Shown here: in pieces, positions 60,057-64,000 of the stretch
Layout of the letters: each line of letters starts with the position of its first letter
How positions within the stretch are numbered: position 1 is the first letter of the stretch
The notes under the pieces: model-generated
What the model was told of the DNA's origin: nothing
Databases searched by the model: none
The model's input: only the letters and a program-made list of their open reading frames with translations
Translations under genes and position numbers: made by a program
Assembly (NCBI GenBank): GCA_963662315.1
Contig: OY759353.1
Location: 1,696,001 to 1,760,000 of the forward strand
Direction: 5' to 3'
From: Geopsychrobacteraceae bacterium
GTDB lineage: Bacteria > Desulfobacterota > Desulfuromonadia > Desulfuromonadales > Geopsychrobacteraceae
Length of the DNA stretch: 64,000 bases

Positions 60057-61286
60057 GTGAGCATTATCAATAAAATCCCTTCTCTCGATAAAACGAAGAT
60101 GCGTTCGATCAACCGCATCAAGGTTCTTTGCACCATTCGCGATATGCAGCCGATTTCCCGCACCGCGATCGCCAAAGAGACGGGCCTGAGCCCTGCGGCG
60201 GTCTCGGGGATCACCGGTGAACTGATTGAAGAAAACCTCCTGTTGGAAAAAGAGATCGGAGAATCGATCGGGGGCAGGAAACCTGTTCTCCTTGCACTCA
60301 ACCCGGAGGGGGCCTATACAATCGGCGTCTTTGTCTCAGTCCGGCGGATCACGGTTGTCATCGTCAACCTTCAGGCCGACATCGTCGCCGAGCACATCAT
60401 GCGTTACGAGGAGAAGGACACCACTCCGGAAGGGGTGGCGGAACAGATTGTCCAGGCCGTCCATCACTGCATGTGGAAAACGGAATTGATCAAAAGCCAG
60501 ATATCTGGCATCGGCCTGGCCATTCCTGGACTGGTCACACATCCGGACAGGATGATCAAGTTCGCGCTCAATTACAGCTGGCATAACGTCAATTTCAGAG
60601 AGATTCTCATGCGCAAGCTCGCCCTCCCCACTTATATTGAAAACAGTGCCCGCTGCATTTCACTGGCGGAGCAACGCTTCGGCGCCGGCAAGAATGTCGA
60701 TAATTTCATTGTCGTCGGTCTGGCACAGGGCGTGGCGATCGGCATCATCATCAACGGCCAGCCCTATATCGGCCATTCCGGTTGCGCCGGTGAGTTCGGT
60801 CACACCACGATCGACCCCTCCGGCCCACTTTGCCGCTGTGGCAAACGGGGCTGTTTTGAAACCTACTGCGGTAACCACGCGATTCTGGAAAAAGCGAAGC
60901 AACTCGCCCGGGAACAGCGCTGGACGCCGTCTGTCGCGCTGGAAGAATTGACCATTGAAGATGTGATGGAAAAAGCAAAGGACGGAGAACCTGCCCTGGT
61001 AGAACTTTATTGCGAGGCTGGAAAGGGGTTAGGAATCGGTATTGCTAACCTGATTGAGATTTTTAACCCGGAGAAAATTATACTCTCAGGCAAGGGCACA
61101 CTCGCCGGGGACCTGCTCATCAAACCGATGCGAGAAACCATTCCTCAATACCTGACCGCTAACAGCGACAGTTTGGTCGATGTCGTTGTACGTCATTGGC
61201 AACACAGCGATGCAGCTAGAGGTGCCGGGGTGATGGTACTCCAGGAAACATATCAGTTGGCTCCGCAAGTCATATCTTCGCCATAA
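60057..61286 (+). CDS. ROK family transcriptional repressor (XylR/NagC-like)
   Basis: ISRTAIAKETGLS HTH, GGRKP, GIGLAIPG and GEFGH...G..C.CGKRGCFE Zn motif. Confidence 0.92.
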   Translation: MSIINKIPSLDKTKMRSINRIKVLCTIRDMQPISRTAIAKETGLSPAAVSGITGELIEENLLLEKEIGESIGGRKPVLLALNPEGAYTIGVFVSVRRITVVIVNLQADIVAEHIMRYEEKDTTPEGVAEQIVQAVHHCMWKTELIKSQISGIGLAIPGLVTHPDRMIKFALNYSWHNVNFREILMRKLALPTYIENSARCISLAEQRFGAGKNVDNFIVVGLAQGVAIGIIINGQPYIGHSGCAGEFGHTTIDPSGPLCRCGKRGCFETYCGNHAILEKAKQLAREQRWTPSVALEELTIEDVMEKAKDGEPALVELYCEAGKGLGIGIANLIEIFNPEKIILSGKGTLAGDLLIKPMRETIPQYLTANSDSLVDVVVRHWQHSDAARGAGVMVLQETYQLAPQVISSP

Positions 61287-61422
61287 ACACTCCTCCTTGG
61301 GCATTAGTGTTATTTTGCCGTGTGCACATTCAGGGCAGAACCAAGCGCAGAAATCGATCATTAGTAAAAAATTTCGGGGCCTCCATTGGCAGAAGCCCCG
61401 AACATCACAAGAGAACACTGTC

Positions 61423-63999
61423 TTAAGCGGCGCGACTATAGAGACGGCTCAAATGGCCCTTCAAGAGCCACAGCACATCCCCGTCCTTATCTCCCTGGTA
61501 AACCATGGACGTTGCTATTTCAACAGCAAGAATGGCGTACAAGTATTTCACCGGAAGCTTTTCGATCCGCTCATGGTATTCCGGGTTGTCACTCAGCAGT
61601 GGTGGCAAGTGACTGAAAATCGCCTGTTTAAACAGCGGCTCACTGCACACATGCGGATTTTTGCGGAAATAATCAAATAATGAAGCATACTGCTGATTGA
61701 TCTCGTGACTGATATCATCAGAGATCTCCGTATAGATCTTCTGTCCTTTCGCTTCGGCGTGGCGCTCAAAGATTAACTGCACCTCATCTGCAGCCCGCTT
61801 TTCAAGAATAGAGAGAACATCGGCAACATAGGCTTGCTTGTTGGCGATAAACTCCTCTTCACTCATGACCAGGTTAGCGATAATTTCATAGGACGACGAA
61901 ATCACGCCGCACTTATTAGCCGAGGCATCACGAATGATCACAATTCCGTTCTGCTGTAGGGCAACCCGTGCATCAGGCGAGATAAAAGAGTTGGCCCCTT
62001 CAACGATGGCTTTGGCAGATGCGATGCCGTCTTTGCCGAAAAAGCCCTTCCAGTTATCCACGTCAATAGTTTCCGGACGTCCGCCACCGGGAATAAACAG
62101 ATCAGCCTTGACGGTGAAAGGCAGACCGTTGAATTCGCTGTAGAATTCATCAACAGATAGCCACTGCTCCACGACTCCTGATTCAGTGCGAATCATTTTG
62201 CGGAAAAGTTCTTTTAATCCTTCTTTCCGCCGTTGTCCGCGATAGATCAGGTAACCACCGACATGTAATTTTTCAGGATCATAAGCGTCAATATCCTGCT
62301 TGAGCAGAATTCGGGACAGCTCGTCACGGTCAGCACCCTCAGGATCAAAAAACGCTCCGGTCCCATCAAGAATCAGAGTAATGCGCACCTTGGGACAATA
62401 ATCGAGTAACAAACGCATTGCGTTTCCGGCAACATCTCCGGCAGGTCCGCCGGTCATTTTCACAAAAAACTCATCCTGGCGGAAATTGATCCCGAGCTGT
62501 TCCAGCGTCACTTCTGCACATTTAACAACACCAGCCGAAGTAACTCCGAATTCCTTGTGATTAATGCCGACTTTTTTTCCTGACATGATGCCAATTCCGA
62601 GCATGTACTTGCGCTTAACAGCTAGTGCTGCTATCGCCTCGATCATGACATCGTGCATATTTTCATCAGGACCGAGTTCAATCGCTTCTTCTTCCCCATA
62701 GTAATCGACAACTTGTTGATCTTTAATTTGCCCTCGCTCATCGCTACAGAAGATATCGAGAAAGGCGCTTGCGAATCCGTACTGTAACTTATACAGGCGC
62801 TGATTCACCAATTGAGGATCCTGAACACTCACGGCATTAAGCAGCGCCACCAGCTTTGAGCCCCCTTCATAAATGTCCTTGTTTTTCAGGTGCTGGGTAT
62901 GCGCCAGAACATAGGTTTCTTTAAACATGGTATTGGCACAGGTGACATAATCATCGCGGCCATTGGTAATCAGGGTCCGCCAACCACCCCGGGCGATATC
63001 GGAGAAACCCATATGATAACCAACGCCATATCGACCGAAGAAAAAGGTAATACGAAACGGACGATCAGCGGGTAAATCGTCGGTAAAGCAGCCGTTGAGT
63101 TCTTCAAGATAGGCAGGGTCAATGCGGAATGCCAGCGCCTGCTTGGTCAGAACATAGAAGTTGGTCTTCAGCGTGTAGCGGATAAACAGCAGACAACACA
63201 GGAAAATGTTCTTCCGATAGGCATCGACCCGCTTATGCCCGGTATTGTAATGAGCGATAAGATGAGTCAACCTGGTCAGCAGCGATTGATAAGTCGCGTC
63301 ACGATCGGCAAGATTCGGATCGAAACGGACCCTGAACAGCTCCACCAGCTGCAGACACAGATCTGGATGTGAATAAAAGGCCCGCTCAACGCCCTCAAAG
63401 TCATAACGATCACTACTGTGAGCCAGGTTGGTATGGCAAAAGGCGATGAAGGCATTCACCAATGTAGCATCTTCCCCACTCATGATGTTCTGGGTGACGA
63501 AGTCCTGATAGGCCTGTGACCGGGTCTGCAGTAACTGGGTATTAAATAGCTCCCGTTGCAATTGACTGAACTGTTCGGTCTTATTATCGGCCAAATCAGC
63601 TTCTTTTTTACGCACGTAAAAGGTGCCGAGAAAGTACGGGTGCCTGCCGTTACTGATAGTCAGGCAATATGTCCGCTTGATCCCAATACCAAGACGGTTG
63701 AAGACTTCCATGATTTGTAGCAGAAAATCACGCTGCGGTGGATTGGCGACCGCAAACATGATGCGTGTTTCAACACTATTGCCTATCCCTGCGGAGTCTT
63801 CGACGTCCAGGTGAATCCCGCCACGGACTTTACTCTGGTGGTAAAGCCAGAGGATTTGGGCGACCCGCCGGACCGGTGAATTTTCGACATAGGCCTGGTT
63901 GTTCAGCCACAGCATTTTCAGGCAACAATCATAGTCATCATAATCAAAGTCAGGATAATTTGTTTTCAGCGCCTCTAGGACACCTTCGCGAATCGCATC
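61423..63999 (-). CDS. Large NAD-specific glutamate dehydrogenase-like protein, partial (5' end outside window)
   Basis: DIARGGWR, KNKDIYEGGSK, ELGPDE, HKEFGVTS, GGPAGDVAGN, PGGGRP, VEGAN and RDASANKCGVISSSYE motifs; frame open to the window edge. Confidence 0.88.
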   Translation of the reverse strand, partial: DAIREGVLEALKTNYPDFDYDDYDCCLKMLWLNNQAYVENSPVRRVAQILWLYHQSKVRGGIHLDVEDSAGIGNSVETRIMFAVANPPQRDFLLQIMEVFNRLGIGIKRTYCLTISNGRHPYFLGTFYVRKKEADLADNKTEQFSQLQRELFNTQLLQTRSQAYQDFVTQNIMSGEDATLVNAFIAFCHTNLAHSSDRYDFEGVERAFYSHPDLCLQLVELFRVRFDPNLADRDATYQSLLTRLTHLIAHYNTGHKRVDAYRKNIFLCCLLFIRYTLKTNFYVLTKQALAFRIDPAYLEELNGCFTDDLPADRPFRITFFFGRYGVGYHMGFSDIARGGWRTLITNGRDDYVTCANTMFKETYVLAHTQHLKNKDIYEGGSKLVALLNAVSVQDPQLVNQRLYKLQYGFASAFLDIFCSDERGQIKDQQVVDYYGEEEAIELGPDENMHDVMIEAIAALAVKRKYMLGIGIMSGKKVGINHKEFGVTSAGVVKCAEVTLEQLGINFRQDEFFVKMTGGPAGDVAGNAMRLLLDYCPKVRITLILDGTGAFFDPEGADRDELSRILLKQDIDAYDPEKLHVGGYLIYRGQRRKEGLKELFRKMIRTESGVVEQWLSVDEFYSEFNGLPFTVKADLFIPGGGRPETIDVDNWKGFFGKDGIASAKAIVEGANSFISPDARVALQQNGIVIIRDASANKCGVISSSYEIIANLVMSEEEFIANKQAYVADVLSILEKRAADEVQLIFERHAEAKGQKIYTEISDDISHEINQQYASLFDYFRKNPHVCSEPLFKQAIFSHLPPLLSDNPEYHERIEKLPVKYLYAILAVEIATSMVYQGDKDGDVLWLLKGHLSRLYSRAA

Positions 64000-64000
64000 C

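Noticed and set aside
15890..61420. attR duplication of the tRNA-Val 3' end, or an island integrase
   Set aside because: No repeat of TTCGCCCACCA or recombinase ORF noticed; a computational search could still find a degenerate site
1..64000. CRISPR array, rRNA, prophage or defence system
   Set aside because: No regularly spaced repeats, rRNA-like sequence, or phage/cas/defence ORFs recognised

Overview
Bacterial chromosome window. Gene content (large NAD-GDH, Ato/Ach1-like CoA-transferase, selenocysteine rhodanese, hybrid kinase) suggests a Desulfuromonadales-like deltaproteobacterium; this taxonomy is inferred. Positions 1-15.9 kb hold core-like genes: an ArsR/metal permease pair, a rhomboid protease, a hybrid kinase, a hidden UGA-readthrough rhodanese selenoprotein with a SECIS hairpin, slyD, gntR-prpB-tauE, ppgK, tRNA-Asp and tRNA-Val. 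A visibly AT-richer ~38 kb accessory region (16-54 kb) follows the tRNAs. It encodes what looks like one uncharacterised organic-acid catabolic system: four MmgE/PrpD paralogs, two aconitases that both carry GSAR instead of the canonical GSSR, PrpF, an HMG-CoA-lyase-like enzyme, class I and class III CoA-transferases, TesB, a nitroreductase, a secreted lactonase, two TctABC transporters, an MFS, IclR and two LysRs. A recurring 15-bp palindrome (TTYCA-N5-TGRAA-like), often in 20-bp-spaced pairs, sits upstream of nearly every operon, suggesting a single regulon. Two identical IS1380 copies and IS3, IS256 and IS21 remnants punctuate the region. A GC-richer uxaC-TRAP-ROK cassette and a partial NAD-glutamate dehydrogenase end the window.
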